64,000 bases of DNA from a virus (IMGVR_UViG_3300012089_000001:18493-82492), one strand, 5' to 3'. Shown: positions 36,178 through 46,844, counted from the stretch's first letter. Numbers and translations: made by a program. Notes: generated by a model not told the origin, from the sequence alone.

Positions 36178-36603
36178 TTAAATTGTTTCTAATACTTTTT
36201 CAATTAAATAATCGTTCTCCATTTTTACATTTGTAAAATTATTATTTTTTGGATTTTCAAAACGAATATTAATTGAGTTAGATGAAGCATCTTTAAATGA
36301 AACTAAATAAATTTTATCTCTTACTATACTATATAAAGCATAATAATCAACATCTTGATTTGTATAAGTAGAGGTTTTTTGTCCTGTAGAATTTCTTCTT
36401 CTTCCGCTTAATTCAAATGTAGTTTTTCCTTCAGACGTTTGCGTCGAGGCTTTAATTTGAATTTTGTATAATTTACAGTCCTTCTCTATTATTAAATCAT
36501 AAGGAGTATTGTCTCCATAAGGAATTGATACATTATAACCAAGTTCTATTAATTTACATAGAACTTTTACTTCACCTAAATTTCCAATATCTTTAGTTTT
36601 CAT
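36178..36603 (-). mobile_element. PD-(D/E)XK homing endonuclease-like protein (group I intron-associated type), free-standing
   Basis: GNLGE..V...L...GY.VSIP.GD..PYDLI...KIQIK. Confidence 0.8.
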
Positions 36604-36619
36604 ATAAACATCCTTTCAA

Positions 36620-36692
36620 TACTAAGGGCAAGAATCGAACTTGCGGCAGCAGCCTTATAAGGACTGTCCCATCACCACTTGGGTACCTTAGC
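36620..36692 (-). tRNA. tRNA-Ile(TAT)
   Basis: CAGTC-CTTATAA-GGCTG. Confidence 0.85.
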
Positions 36693-36872
36693 AAATATTC
36701 GAATTAAATAAGATATGAAACATATTATATTTCTTGCATCATGTTATATGCTAGATTTTGGTCTCTAGACATTATAACAATAGCAAGGTCACAAAACAAT
36801 TACCAAATATTATTCTGTTTATTTTATATTTCATATCTTATATAAATATTATATCAAAAATTTTTAAGGATT

Positions 36873-37166
36873 TCAAATTTGAAAATTTTCTCGCCTTGCA
36901 AGAGAATTAATGTGATTTTTAAACTTGCGGCAAGACGCTATGTCGTGTTTTTCCCAGTAGTACCAAAACCACTCTAGCTTGCCGCACTTAATTATAGGAA
37001 CTATTTTGGCATCATATTCATTAACCAATTTCTCTACAAATTTATCAAGAGGCAGATTCATTAATATTGCTCCTGCTGCCCAAAACCCATGAGTATCAAT
37101 AGACAAATCAGTACAAGTAAGTACATATCCGTGATAGTTTTCAAATTCACTTAGCCGATATAACAT
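36873..37166 (-). CDS. Hypothetical protein
   Basis: ORF with GGAG RBS. Confidence 0.6.
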   Translation of the reverse strand: MLYRLSEFENYHGYVLTCTDLSIDTHGFWAAGAILMNLPLDKFVEKLVNEYDAKIVPIIKCGKLEWFWYYWEKHDIASCRKFKNHINSLARRENFQI

Positions 37167-37178
37167 AGACTTCTCCTT

Positions 37179-38096
37179 TTAAGATATTAAAAATTTTTCA
37201 TTAAATAAATCTTCTATTGTTACTAGATTTTTATACTCTGTATAGGGTATTCTATATAGAAGAATATTATTATCTAATGCATATTTATTCTTTATTTGAT
37301 CATAGTATTGTCTTTCTATTAAAGGATTTGATTCACTCCAAGAACCATAATATTCTTCAAAATGCTGTATTCCATCAAACTCAATTAAAAAGATTATATT
37401 GTTATTACTATCCAAAACACTAAAGTCATATCTTAGAAAAGCATCTTTTTTAGATTTTAAATCATTGAAAATTTGTTCTTTTCTAAATTTTATATTGTTT
37501 TCAGACAATATTTTTGAGATTTTTTCTTCCCCTCTTGATTTTACATGCCCACAAGATTGAGTTTTTCCACATTTTAATTCACCACTACACACAGATTTTA
37601 TTGCTCCACAGGAACATTGACACCACCAGTAAATATTTCCACCACTAGAGACTCTTGTAAGATCTTTTTCAATAACTGTTAATTCCCCAAAGGTTTTTCC
37701 AGTTAGATCAAATTTACATCCACAAGACTGAGATCCTCCACTTCTTAAGGTACTTCCAGTAATTTCTCGTCTAGTTTTATTTTCACATGAACACTCACAA
37801 ATCCATCTTACCCCTCCGTTTGGGGTTCTACCGCCTTCCTCTAGCACAGTCCACTTACCAAAAGCTTGACCAGTTAAATCTACTTTATTCTTCTCTGAGG
37901 CAAGTTCGTTCCTTAAACATCCACAAGATTTTGAACTGCCACTACGAAGACTATTTCCAGTTATTTCCCTTCTGGTCTTATTTTCACATGAGCACTCGCA
38001 TAACCATTTCACATGTCTTCCTGATGTTTTACCAGCTTCTTCAATAACCGTCCATCTGCCAAATGTTTGTCCAGTTAAGTCTATTTTCTTTCCCAT
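37179..38096 (-). mobile_element. Putative homing endonuclease: three DLTG.TFG.WTV...W.C.CSC repeats + Vsr/DUF559-like nuclease
   Basis: Three Cys-containing repeats; EEKI..IL...RYDF...IEFDGIQH. Confidence 0.8.
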
Positions 38097-38327
38097 TTCT
38101 TTGCCCCTTAAATTTTAGTATAATAACATTATACTAAAAATTTAAGGGAAAGTCAAATATAAGTACCTTCCTCTACTGTTTTCTTTTTTTATTGATTTTT
38201 CTTGTTAGAGCAGTCTTTTCATAAAAATTCAAACAATTAATGTCACACTCTCTAATAAGTTCGTCATAAGTAATTAAATCTGCCATGAATGCGATAAAAC
38301 CTGTTTTATCTACATAATTTTTCACGA

Positions 38328-38624
38328 TTACTCCTCCGGCTCATTAATAAATAATCCCATCTCAACAAGCAACTGAACTACTTTTTCCCTTTCTTCATCT
38401 GTTGGCTCTTTATACTCTGTTGCGCCACCAGCTCCCGCAGTAAAACTTATATCTCCATCGTGAGGAACATTGTCCTTCGCGCATGTAAGAGCTACTTTTA
38501 TTTGCCGCTCTTGACCATCTTCTGATACAGGAATCCTTAACTCTTTGCCAGATATAAAAGCTCCTGGAAATGTCTTCAATAAGATCTCGGTAATATTACT
38601 TTTTGCTACTGCTCCTGCCGCCAT
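38328..38624 (-). CDS. Hypothetical protein
   Basis: KELRIPVSEDG..QIKVALTCAK. Confidence 0.65.
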   Translation of the reverse strand: MAAGAVAKSNITEILLKTFPGAFISGKELRIPVSEDGQERQIKVALTCAKDNVPHDGDISFTAGAGGATEYKEPTDEEREKVVQLLVEMGLFINEPEE

Positions 38625-38722
38625 ATTTTTACCCCTTTTTCTATTCTTTATAATAATATTATAATATAATTTTTTATGTTTTTCAAATAAAATTAACGCG
38701 CGAGAGGTAGATTAGTTTTTAT

Positions 38723-40135
38723 CTACCCAGGCTCAGGATCATATTCACCCTCGCTTAAAGGAAAGCTATCTATTATAACAGGATCATCAAAAAATGAAGG
38801 ATCATCAAAAGATGACATTAATCTTCTTAGGCTTTGTAGAATAGGGCTTGATTCTTGAAATTCAAAAAGTAATGCTTCATTATAACTATCTACAATAGAA
38901 GAAGGTATTAAATCATTATTTATAGCTAATCCATCTCTCCATAGAACCGGTTCTGGTTCTGGTTCTGGAGCATTTTCCTCTACTTCTCCCCATTCTTCAT
39001 CTTCTTCATACCCATCTTCGTCATCTCGATCCTCTTCTAGGTCATAACGACAATCTTCACAATAAAACTCCATTGCAGTACTTTTTCCGCATCTTAAGCA
39101 AAGAAATTCTTCTCCAAAGCCAATTTCTGGAATTTCATCAATGTCCCATACATTAGCAAAAAATACTGGATCATAATCTGAATGACAACAAATATCATTG
39201 TAATAAGACGCTGATATATTATAATTCCTAAATTTTGTATCAATATTTGATGCCATTCCGTCAATATTATATATTTTTTTCCATTCACAATTTTTCATTG
39301 TAGCTGGAAGTAATCCGCATTCCAGCACCGCATCAGAAGATGTCAATAATAAATCTTTTGATCTATAAGGATATGAATTTCCTGCTATTAAGAAATCATC
39401 TTTTAAGAAAAGAAAAGTTCTCCATTTTTTACTATTCCATTTACAAACATCATAGAATCTTGATAAATCATATTCCTTATCTGGATCAGCAACATACGTC
39501 ATGAAGGTTACATCATCACACATAAACTGAATATTACCTGCGGCATAGTCTCCATTGAGGGCATGACAACTTCTCCAATTGTGACAATTTTCTGACGCTG
39601 ATAAAAAATCAAGAGGATGAACAGATAGTATAACCTTAGATGTTTTACTCAATCTTTTATCTTGAATAAATCTTGAATAAACTGATTGAACTTCAAGAAT
39701 CAAATCTTCTGAAGTATTAAATAGAAGTTCTTTGATGCATTTACCAATCTTTCTTCCAGGTTGTATGGACAAAATTTCATGGTTTTTATCATAATAGTCA
39801 AATCGTTCTGAAGTTTTATTGTGAAATAAAGTAGATTCATTTGTTGAGAAAAAATTTGAAATTCTAGTAAAATCATCATAGTTATTTAAAATCCTACATA
39901 TGATATTACTTAATTCATTCATCTCAGATGGATCATCTACTCCCACCATTCTTGACACATCTATGGAACTTTCGTACGTTAGTCCGCCAAAAGCTTCAAT
40001 AAATCTCTTTTTATTTCTATACCATTTCTTAAAAATATCATACATAGCAAAATCGCAGCAAGAGATACCATTGTTTTCAAGAATTTCCTTAAAATAAAAC
40101 TCAATCTTTTCAATTTCTGTAGTTTTTAATGTCAT
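38723..40135 (-). CDS. Large hypothetical protein, SxHPxD...W.SC family, paralog 1
   Basis: LSVHPLDFLSASENCHNWRSCH; KKWR; C-terminal CxxC motifs. Confidence 0.7.
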   Translation of the reverse strand: MTLKTTEIEKIEFYFKEILENNGISCCDFAMYDIFKKWYRNKKRFIEAFGGLTYESSIDVSRMVGVDDPSEMNELSNIICRILNNYDDFTRISNFFSTNESTLFHNKTSERFDYYDKNHEILSIQPGRKIGKCIKELLFNTSEDLILEVQSVYSRFIQDKRLSKTSKVILSVHPLDFLSASENCHNWRSCHALNGDYAAGNIQFMCDDVTFMTYVADPDKEYDLSRFYDVCKWNSKKWRTFLFLKDDFLIAGNSYPYRSKDLLLTSSDAVLECGLLPATMKNCEWKKIYNIDGMASNIDTKFRNYNISASYYNDICCHSDYDPVFFANVWDIDEIPEIGFGEEFLCLRCGKSTAMEFYCEDCRYDLEEDRDDEDGYEEDEEWGEVEENAPEPEPEPVLWRDGLAINNDLIPSSIVDSYNEALLFEFQESSPILQSLRRLMSSFDDPSFFDDPVIIDSFPLSEGEYDPEPG

Positions 40136-40136
40136 A

Positions 40137-41015
40137 TTATAGTTCTCCTTTTAAATAGTCATCATAACATTTATTACAAAAGATATATTCTGAATCTTCT
40201 CCAATAAGAACTCTATTTAATTGATTAGTAGAAAACATTTTAAAACAATTGTAACAACAATGATATCTTTCATATCCTAAATCTAGTGTATAACGAGAAG
40301 GAATGTATCCATAATGTTTCAACTTACCCTTTTCCGCGTCTTTAAGAATTGCTTCAACTTTTTTTATTGTAGTTTTAAACCAGTACATATTGAGAGTTTC
40401 TTGTTTCGTATGTTCATCCAAGTACCCAATAGAAAGATTCACTGCAGCGCATTCCCAAGTAGGAGCTAACTCACAAATATCTGAATAAGTTCCCCAACGA
40501 GATATAAACCCATATTTTTCTATGAGATCCTCAAATTTGGGACTATCCAGTTCGTAAAAAACACAATCATTATAACCTTTTCTATCTAATTCAATTAGAA
40601 ACAAAAGGTCATTAAAAGGAGATTTTGTTATTGTTTTTGTTAAAATCTTCGCGCCAACGCCGCCCAGTTCCTCATTTGTAGTAAGAATTATGTGCGGCCG
40701 ATAGCCTCGTTGTAACAAGGTTAGGATTCCATAAATTCCAGCACGATCATCTGCTCCTAATCCCTGCGGACTCCACATAACCTCATAGTCTTGATCGTAA
40801 TATATATCTATTGGAGGGCTTATAAATACAGTGTCAAGATGAGCGACCAGTCCAATTGGAATCTTGCCTTTTGCTATGAGATAATCTTTTGTGTGAATTA
40901 TATTTTTGCTGCCATATATTTTTGTTAAAGTCTTAAACATCTGTTTTCTTAGAGCATGTTGATCAAGCTTAACAATATCTTTTAATAACTTTAAATCATC
41001 TTTTTTGTTAGACAT
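40137..41015 (-). CDS. M28/M20-like zinc peptidase-fold protein
   Basis: VAHLDTV, LGADDRAG, NEELGG, IELDR, SDI, GYLDEHT. Confidence 0.85.
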   Translation of the reverse strand: MSNKKDDLKLLKDIVKLDQHALRKQMFKTLTKIYGSKNIIHTKDYLIAKGKIPIGLVAHLDTVFISPPIDIYYDQDYEVMWSPQGLGADDRAGIYGILTLLQRGYRPHIILTTNEELGGVGAKILTKTITKSPFNDLLFLIELDRKGYNDCVFYELDSPKFEDLIEKYGFISRWGTYSDICELAPTWECAAVNLSIGYLDEHTKQETLNMYWFKTTIKKVEAILKDAEKGKLKHYGYIPSRYTLDLGYERYHCCYNCFKMFSTNQLNRVLIGEDSEYIFCNKCYDDYLKGEL

Positions 41016-41017
41016 TT

Positions 41018-41185
41018 TTATTCTCCTTCATTAAGCTTTTTAATATAATCAGGAAGTGTAATGGAATCACAATCATCACAGTAGTTACATAAACGCCATA
41101 ATTCACATTCTGAACATTCTCTATTATCACAGTACTTTTGAATAGAATCTTTAATAACTTCTAATAGCTCTTTATCAGTTTTCAT
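41018..41185 (-). CDS. Small Cys-rich protein, paralog 3; not in ORF track
   Basis: Hand translation MKTDKELLEVIKDSIQKYCDNRECSECELWRLCNYCDDCDSITLPDYIKKLNEGE. Confidence 0.7.
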   Translation of the reverse strand: MKTDKELLEVIKDSIQKYCDNRECSECELWRLCNYCDDCDSITLPDYIKKLNEGE

Positions 41186-41363
41186 TTTCACTCTCCTCTA
41201 TTACTTTTTCAATATAAGTAAGCAGCCCAAAGGAACCATGATAATTACAGTAATCACAAAAAGATTCTAGTACACATTCTGAACATATTGTTCTACTATC
41301 ACAATACTCTTGAATAGAATCTTGAATAACTTTTAACAACTCTTTTTCAGTTTTCATTTTCAT
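41175..41363 (-). CDS. Small Cys-rich protein, paralog 2
   Basis: YC...CxxC...CxxC. Confidence 0.7.
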   Translation of the reverse strand: MKMKTEKELLKVIQDSIQEYCDSRTICSECVLESFCDYCNYHGSFGLLTYIEKVIEESENEN

Positions 41364-41532
41364 TCTCCTCTATTAATTTCTTAATACAGTCAGGTAGTAC
41401 CGCATTGACATTAGTGTCATAATCACAGTAATCACATAAAAGCTTTAATGCACAACAAGCACATGTTCTAGTATCACAATATTCCCGTACAGTTTTATTG
41501 ATAATATCTAACAATTCTCTATCGCTCCTCAT
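41347..41532 (-). CDS. Small Cys-rich protein, paralog 1
   Basis: YC...CxxC...CxxC. Confidence 0.7.
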   Translation of the reverse strand: MRSDRELLDIINKTVREYCDTRTCACCALKLLCDYCDYDTNVNAVLPDCIKKLIEENENEN

Positions 41533-41667
41533 AATCTATACCTCCATTTTTTTTATTTCTTATATATATTATATAATAATTTTATAAAAAAATAAAGCCA
41601 GGAAAATTTCCTAGCTTTTTAAGATGCGGCTAAAGGTATGTTATTGTATAGTCTAGACTGGTATAAA

Positions 41668-42456
41668 CTAACCACTGGCCACATTAAAGTATATGCCCGC
41701 CCTCTTTGCCTCTGCGCATAAATCAGCATACTGCCAACATATTCTACATCTTGAGTTTTCCTCGAAGCATTTCTTCTTACAGTTCATTCTACGTTGTCCA
41801 AAGTCTGGAATAATTCTATCACCAATCAAGTCTTTTGGCAACAGATAAATAATATCACTAAGATCTCCTATCCACTTGCCCTTGCTAATATATATTTCGG
41901 CCAAGATTGATGCATTCGGTAGGTCTGGAATTTCAAATGTATCAATACAACCTTCATAAAGGCGTATATCCTCTGGGCGCACATAGAAGTCAGAGAATTT
42001 GGGCGTAAGACCAGTATTCTGTGCCACACAAGGGATTGCCCGCACATTCACTTCAGCATCAGTTAAATATGCTACATTGAATCCTAATACATCACTAACA
42101 TAAATATCAGTTGCATATGTTTGATATAAGTCCATAAATTTTTCTTTAGTGTAACAAAAGACACTTAAAAAGAAGGGAATATCTTCCGTATTTTGCTCCA
42201 ACTTATCCTTCCTAATATAGAAGCTATTTTCTCCCCATTCCTTATATAGCTCTATAAAGAAACCAAAATTCTTTTCAATAGCTTCATTGTATATAATTAC
42301 AATACGTTTATTATTGTCTTTTAAAGATTGTAATACTTCTTTTATGGTTTTCAAATCATAATATGCTGAAAATTCAATTCGAATCTCATTAACTTGATTA
42401 CTAAAATCTTTGTCTTTTATCTTTTGAAATGTTTCATAACTTACTGACCAATTCAT
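41668..42456 (-). CDS. Hypothetical protein with weak peptidase-U32-like C-terminus
   Basis: FYVRPEDI..Y...IDTFE; W.GDL; R.NC...C....C..C. Confidence 0.5.
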   Translation of the reverse strand: MNWSVSYETFQKIKDKDFSNQVNEIRIEFSAYYDLKTIKEVLQSLKDNNKRIVIIYNEAIEKNFGFFIELYKEWGENSFYIRKDKLEQNTEDIPFFLSVFCYTKEKFMDLYQTYATDIYVSDVLGFNVAYLTDAEVNVRAIPCVAQNTGLTPKFSDFYVRPEDIRLYEGCIDTFEIPDLPNASILAEIYISKGKWIGDLSDIIYLLPKDLIGDRIIPDFGQRRMNCKKKCFEENSRCRICWQYADLCAEAKRAGIYFNVASG

Positions 42457-42509
42457 AATAATTCCTCCTTTATACTAAAAGAAAGGGCGCCAATCTGCGC
42501 CCATCATTC

Positions 42510-42977
42510 TTATTCTTCTTCAGGCATCTTTTCAATTTCAGCCGAAACATCAACTTCCTCTTCTTCTACTGCCGCTTCCTCTTCTACAACCGCCCAAGAG
42601 TATGCTCTGATGTATCTGTCGCCTTCTTTTACGTTAGACTTTTCTACATTACCTGCAGCGACCAGCTTAGATAAGCGGCTGACAACTTTCTGATTAGTTA
42701 CTTCTGTACCGACATCATAACCTCCCAGCTCTTTTACCAAAGCATTTACAGTAAATTGGCCATTACCTTCGCCAGAAGTAAGAACTTCCACAATGGCGTC
42801 GGTGAGCTTATCCGGCTCAGCTTTCTTTTTTGCAATTCTCTCTTTTGCCTTTTCCGCCTTCGTATCAATTGCGTTGATCTCTTTCTCGCAGAAATTAACC
42901 AGTTCCATGGCCATATCTTCTTCATCAGTGTTCATAAGAATGTTAATAATCAATTCATAGCTTTCTTTCCTTGTCAT
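42510..42977 (-). CDS. Coiled-coil + winged-helix protein
   Basis: FCEKEI...; TVNAL..; VTNQKVVSRLSKLV..G.VEK. Confidence 0.65.
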   Translation of the reverse strand: MTRKESYELIINILMNTDEEDMAMELVNFCEKEINAIDTKAEKAKERIAKKKAEPDKLTDAIVEVLTSGEGNGQFTVNALVKELGGYDVGTEVTNQKVVSRLSKLVAAGNVEKSNVKEGDRYIRAYSWAVVEEEAAVEEEEVDVSAEIEKMPEEE

Positions 42978-43065
42978 AATAATTTTCTCCTTTTTATTTA
43001 TCTTATTTTCTGTTTTCTATATATAAATTATATCAAAATTTTTTAAGTCATTCAATTTGTATGTT

Positions 43066-44709
43066 TTATGTTATCCTCAAATGACTGTGCTCCTTGGAAA
43101 TTTCTAACCATTTAGCTTTTACCGTATTCTTGTATTCCGCTTTACTCATGCTATAAACGATGTGTTCTGTTCCATCCCAGCTAGATTTTCTAATAATACC
43201 AGGCAAATGATCTAAATCCTTTTTAGATGCGAAGAAGTAAGTATAATATTCCACATCATAATCTACCTCGTGTCCTTTTTCTACGAGATAAACTTTAATT
43301 TTATCGTTGTCAGGGATATCATAGTATGAAACATATTTATCTTTAAACACATCATAATGACCATATCCATCTCTCATTTCCGAAAAACAGTCTAAGCAGT
43401 ATTTTTTATCTTCAATCTTAATTACCTTGTTTTCATTAGTTATATTTCTGTCACAGTTAGTACAGGACATATTTAAATTGCTATGAAGATCACGATAACA
43501 TCTTTCACAAATAAAATCACGATTTGTGGTATTGCCATAATAAGTACTATGGTTGTCGCCTCGGACCAGCTCTTGGCCGCATTCTAAGCAATATACTTCT
43601 CCATAGATATCTAAAGTGATTCTATCATTATAATCTTCATCACTTCTCCACTGATTATTAGAAGGCTCTGCTTTTACTCTGTCAACAATACGATAATAAC
43701 TATAATTACTTTCTTCAAAATCATTGTACATATAACATGTATTTATTATAACATCTTCATGACGATCATAGTCTCTTACAGGTCTATCAACCATTGGAGA
43801 GTATGCAGAACAACTATTATAAAGTTTCAATAACTGTTTCATTGCAAAATCTGTGTACGTCTTATTCTCATTTGGATAATTTTTCCCGCTTATGATGTAA
43901 TTTTCATCAGCAACAAACAAACATCTCCAAATTTTATTGTTCCAAGTACATAAAGAATCTCCTTTTCCAAAAGAAATATTGGAATTTTCTTTTGCTATAT
44001 AGCAAATGATAACATTAGGAGAGGTCATAAGTTCATAAGTTCCTAAACAAATGCTTCCATTGATCCAATTCATACAAGAACTCCATCCATTATCATTATC
44101 TGACATTGTAATGTAATCCATTGGATGAATTGAAAAATATAAGTAAGTGTCTGAAGTCCACGTATTTTGAGTAATTTTTGACGCACCGATTCTTATATTC
44201 TCCACACATTTTTCTATTGCTTTAACACTTTTGTCGTTTAGTAGAGGAGTGATCTGTTTAACAACCTTTTGTAAACCTTTCATAGGTTTTATTCCTTTTT
44301 TCAAGATAAATTCATCAGGAAGATAGAAGGTAATATCATTAACTGTTGTTTTGTTTAAAAAAGTTTCTAAGCTAAACAAATCATTAAGACTGGTAGCATT
44401 TGATGGACAATTAAGAATATCAATTAAAAATTCTCTGTTTAAGACTGTCAAATACCAACTAAAATTATTTGGATCAGCATCATGGGTTTGTTTAATCATT
44501 CCATGAAAGATTTCACCATCTTCTTCGATGGGAATCTTATAAGTTAAATTATTCCCAAGAAGACTGAATAAATTCTCCTTATTTCTCTTCCAACCTCGTA
44601 AAAAAGCTTTCATATCTGGAGAACTTGTATTTGAAAAAGTGCTTACATAAGTTTCAATTGTTTTTAAATCGTTGTTTGTCAATGCTTCCTCAAATAATTC
44701 GTTTTTCAT
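43066..44709 (-). CDS. Large hypothetical protein, SxHPxD...W.SC family, paralog 2
   Basis: FSIHPMDYITMSDNDNGWSSCM; KIWRCL; C-terminal CxxC zinc ribbons. Confidence 0.7.
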   Translation of the reverse strand: MKNELFEEALTNNDLKTIETYVSTFSNTSSPDMKAFLRGWKRNKENLFSLLGNNLTYKIPIEEDGEIFHGMIKQTHDADPNNFSWYLTVLNREFLIDILNCPSNATSLNDLFSLETFLNKTTVNDITFYLPDEFILKKGIKPMKGLQKVVKQITPLLNDKSVKAIEKCVENIRIGASKITQNTWTSDTYLYFSIHPMDYITMSDNDNGWSSCMNWINGSICLGTYELMTSPNVIICYIAKENSNISFGKGDSLCTWNNKIWRCLFVADENYIISGKNYPNENKTYTDFAMKQLLKLYNSCSAYSPMVDRPVRDYDRHEDVIINTCYMYNDFEESNYSYYRIVDRVKAEPSNNQWRSDEDYNDRITLDIYGEVYCLECGQELVRGDNHSTYYGNTTNRDFICERCYRDLHSNLNMSCTNCDRNITNENKVIKIEDKKYCLDCFSEMRDGYGHYDVFKDKYVSYYDIPDNDKIKVYLVEKGHEVDYDVEYYTYFFASKKDLDHLPGIIRKSSWDGTEHIVYSMSKAEYKNTVKAKWLEISKEHSHLRIT

Positions 44710-44811
44710 ATGCGTAGATGCTCCTTTTTTCTTTTCTTTTTTATTATAAGATAATTATATCATTATTTTTTATAAAAATCAAAAAAGAGCCTATTATCTA
44801 GGCTCTTGATG

Positions 44812-45207
44812 TTATTCGGCAGTAGGTTCACTTAATAAACTATCAATTTTTTCAAATAAATAGTCAATACCCTCTTTAGTATAATCACCCACTGCTTCAA
44901 TATTATTCGGCGTGACGTAAGAGGCAATCATCATATTTCTAACAGTTTCTTGGGATGGTATAAAAACCTTTAAAATAATTAGTGCTATAAATAGATTTTT
45001 AAGATTTTTAAAATGCTTATTTTTTAACTTTTCATGTAAATAATCAAGAAAAGTAGCTGGTTCTTCTCTGTCATCCATTATAAAGCCACCAAAAACAGTA
45101 GCAGATACCACAATTGTTACTATAACAAGACAGAAATAAGATAAAGAATTTAAATTTCCAATAAGCGGAAATAGATAAATCCAAAATGGATTAAGAATAG
45201 GTTCCAT
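44812..45207 (-). CDS. Membrane protein
   Basis: PFWIYL, TM helices, FIPSQET..M.IAS. Confidence 0.65.
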   Translation of the reverse strand: MEPILNPFWIYLFPLIGNLNSLSYFCLVIVTIVVSATVFGGFIMDDREEPATFLDYLHEKLKNKHFKNLKNLFIALIILKVFIPSQETVRNMMIASYVTPNNIEAVGDYTKEGIDYLFEKIDSLLSEPTAE

Positions 45208-45508
45208 ATATTTTTCTCCTTTTAATTTATTTTATTATAATGACAGAATTTTTTCAGAGAGTAACAAAAGACGAAATTTCGAGTCGAAAATAGGATTTAT
45301 TAACCGATTCAGCTATTTTCGTCTAAATAATCGTATAACCTCTCTAATCTTCTAGAAGCTTCAATGACAGTCTCAATGCTATCATATTCTGTAGCATATA
45401 ATGACATTAGACTAGCTGTAATTTCTTCCTTGACATAATTAATATTTACCATATTATTCTCCTTTACGCGGACAGGTCGTTAAGTTTATATGAAGCCAGG
45501 TGTGTATG

Positions 45509-45691
45509 TTAAAGGACTTGCTGTAATTCAGCAATTGTTTCTTCAATATATTCAACTACATCTCGTGAGGATATACATTCAGAAAGAGAATACTTATCCC
45601 GTCCAAGATCTCCAATTACTTTTTCAATAACCTCTTTCATTCTGGTGTTCTCCTCCACCAACATGTAATAAGTTCCAACATTCATATTCAT
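45509..45691 (-). CDS. Hypothetical protein
   Basis: ORF with GGAG RBS. Confidence 0.5.
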   Translation of the reverse strand: MNMNVGTYYMLVEENTRMKEVIEKVIGDLGRDKYSLSECISSRDVVEYIEETIAELQQVL

Positions 45692-45706
45692 TTATTTTTC
45701 TCCTTC

Positions 45707-46141
45707 CTATTTCCATTGGTCATTCCAATTAATATCAAGTATCATAGTTGGTGATTGCGATAACACAGTAGTCATACCCTTGTATGCTTTTTCTGTATAA
45801 ATTGTATCTTCTTCTTTTATCATAAACATGTATCCCTTATTTAATAAATCATTTCCAATAATGGATAATATATCCCTAACATCATTTTCCGCTATAAGAC
45901 TTAGCGGTTTACAAGTATAATAAAAGTAAATTCTTGCTGTACATTTTCCTGTATTGTTGCTTGTATTATTAATTTCTGCATTTATTTTATTACAACAAAA
46001 GATATAAGCTTCTTCAACAAGCTGTTGATACTTCTTAGCTGATTGTTCTCTTGCCTTTTCTACAGATATCATTTCTATAATAGGTATTGTATTAATCATA
46101 TTATTCTCCTCCAGACCAATCAATAGTAAGATCATATGCAT
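45707..46141 (-). CDS. Hypothetical protein, ...Y..I.W-terminal family
   Basis: ISVEKARE... LNKGY ... LDINW; true start likely downstream. Confidence 0.6.
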   Translation of the reverse strand: MHMILLLIGLEENNMINTIPIIEMISVEKAREQSAKKYQQLVEEAYIFCCNKINAEINNTSNNTGKCTARIYFYYTCKPLSLIAENDVRDILSIIGNDLLNKGYMFMIKEEDTIYTEKAYKGMTTVLSQSPTMILDINWNDQWK

Positions 46142-46493
46142 CTACAAGTACACCACAATTTGCTAGTCTTGATTGTTCTTTCTTAATAAATGTTTTATAT
46201 CCCTTAGCAGAAAAAGTATCACCAACATATTTTGCAACATCATATAAATCTTCTTCTTTTAAGAAAGCACTTTCTTTAAACTTACTATTTAAGATAGTGA
46301 GATACATTTCTGTTGAGCTGGAATCGCCATATTCAATAATATCATACAGTTTATCAATAGCATGATCTAAATATTTTTTCTTTGAAGATTCAATATTTTC
46401 AAGTCTTATTTCCTCTTGCTTTTCTAATAGCTTTTCTACGGACAAAAGCTCTCTACACATAATATCAATATCAATGTCAAAACTCTTCATCAT
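46101..46493 (-). CDS. Hypothetical protein, same family
   Basis: LSVEK... AKGY ... LTIDWS. Confidence 0.6.
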   Translation of the reverse strand: MMKSFDIDIDIMCRELLSVEKLLEKQEEIRLENIESSKKKYLDHAIDKLYDIIEYGDSSSTEMYLTILNSKFKESAFLKEEDLYDVAKYVGDTFSAKGYKTFIKKEQSRLANCGVLVDAYDLTIDWSGGE

Positions 46494-46496
46494 TAA

Positions 46497-46844
46497 TTAT
46501 TCCTCCTCTTGTGACCAGTCAATAGTAATTTCAGTGTAACATGATACTGCTTCTGGTGAATTAATATCATAAATTCCCCAATTTCTTACTATTACTTTAT
46601 ATCCCTTTTTTTCATATAAACTTTTAATATAGTTTATAATGGAACCAAACTCCTCTTCTGTTAGTTTTCTTCTTTTAAAATATCTACTAGTTGAGATTGT
46701 AGCACTAAAGTTACCTTTATAACTATCTTTATCAATAATATTTTCAGTCCTTCTTAAATAAAATTCTTTTACTTCCTTAAGCTCTTTTCTTTTTTGTCTT
46801 TGAGTTTTGTTAAACATATCCTTGGCGGATAAGATCTTAAACAT
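46497..46844 (-). CDS. Hypothetical protein, same family
   Basis: LSAKD... KKGY ... ITIDWS. Confidence 0.6.
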   Translation of the reverse strand: MFKILSAKDMFNKTQRQKRKELKEVKEFYLRRTENIIDKDSYKGNFSATISTSRYFKRRKLTEEEFGSIINYIKSLYEKKGYKVIVRNWGIYDINSPEAVSCYTEITIDWSQEEE

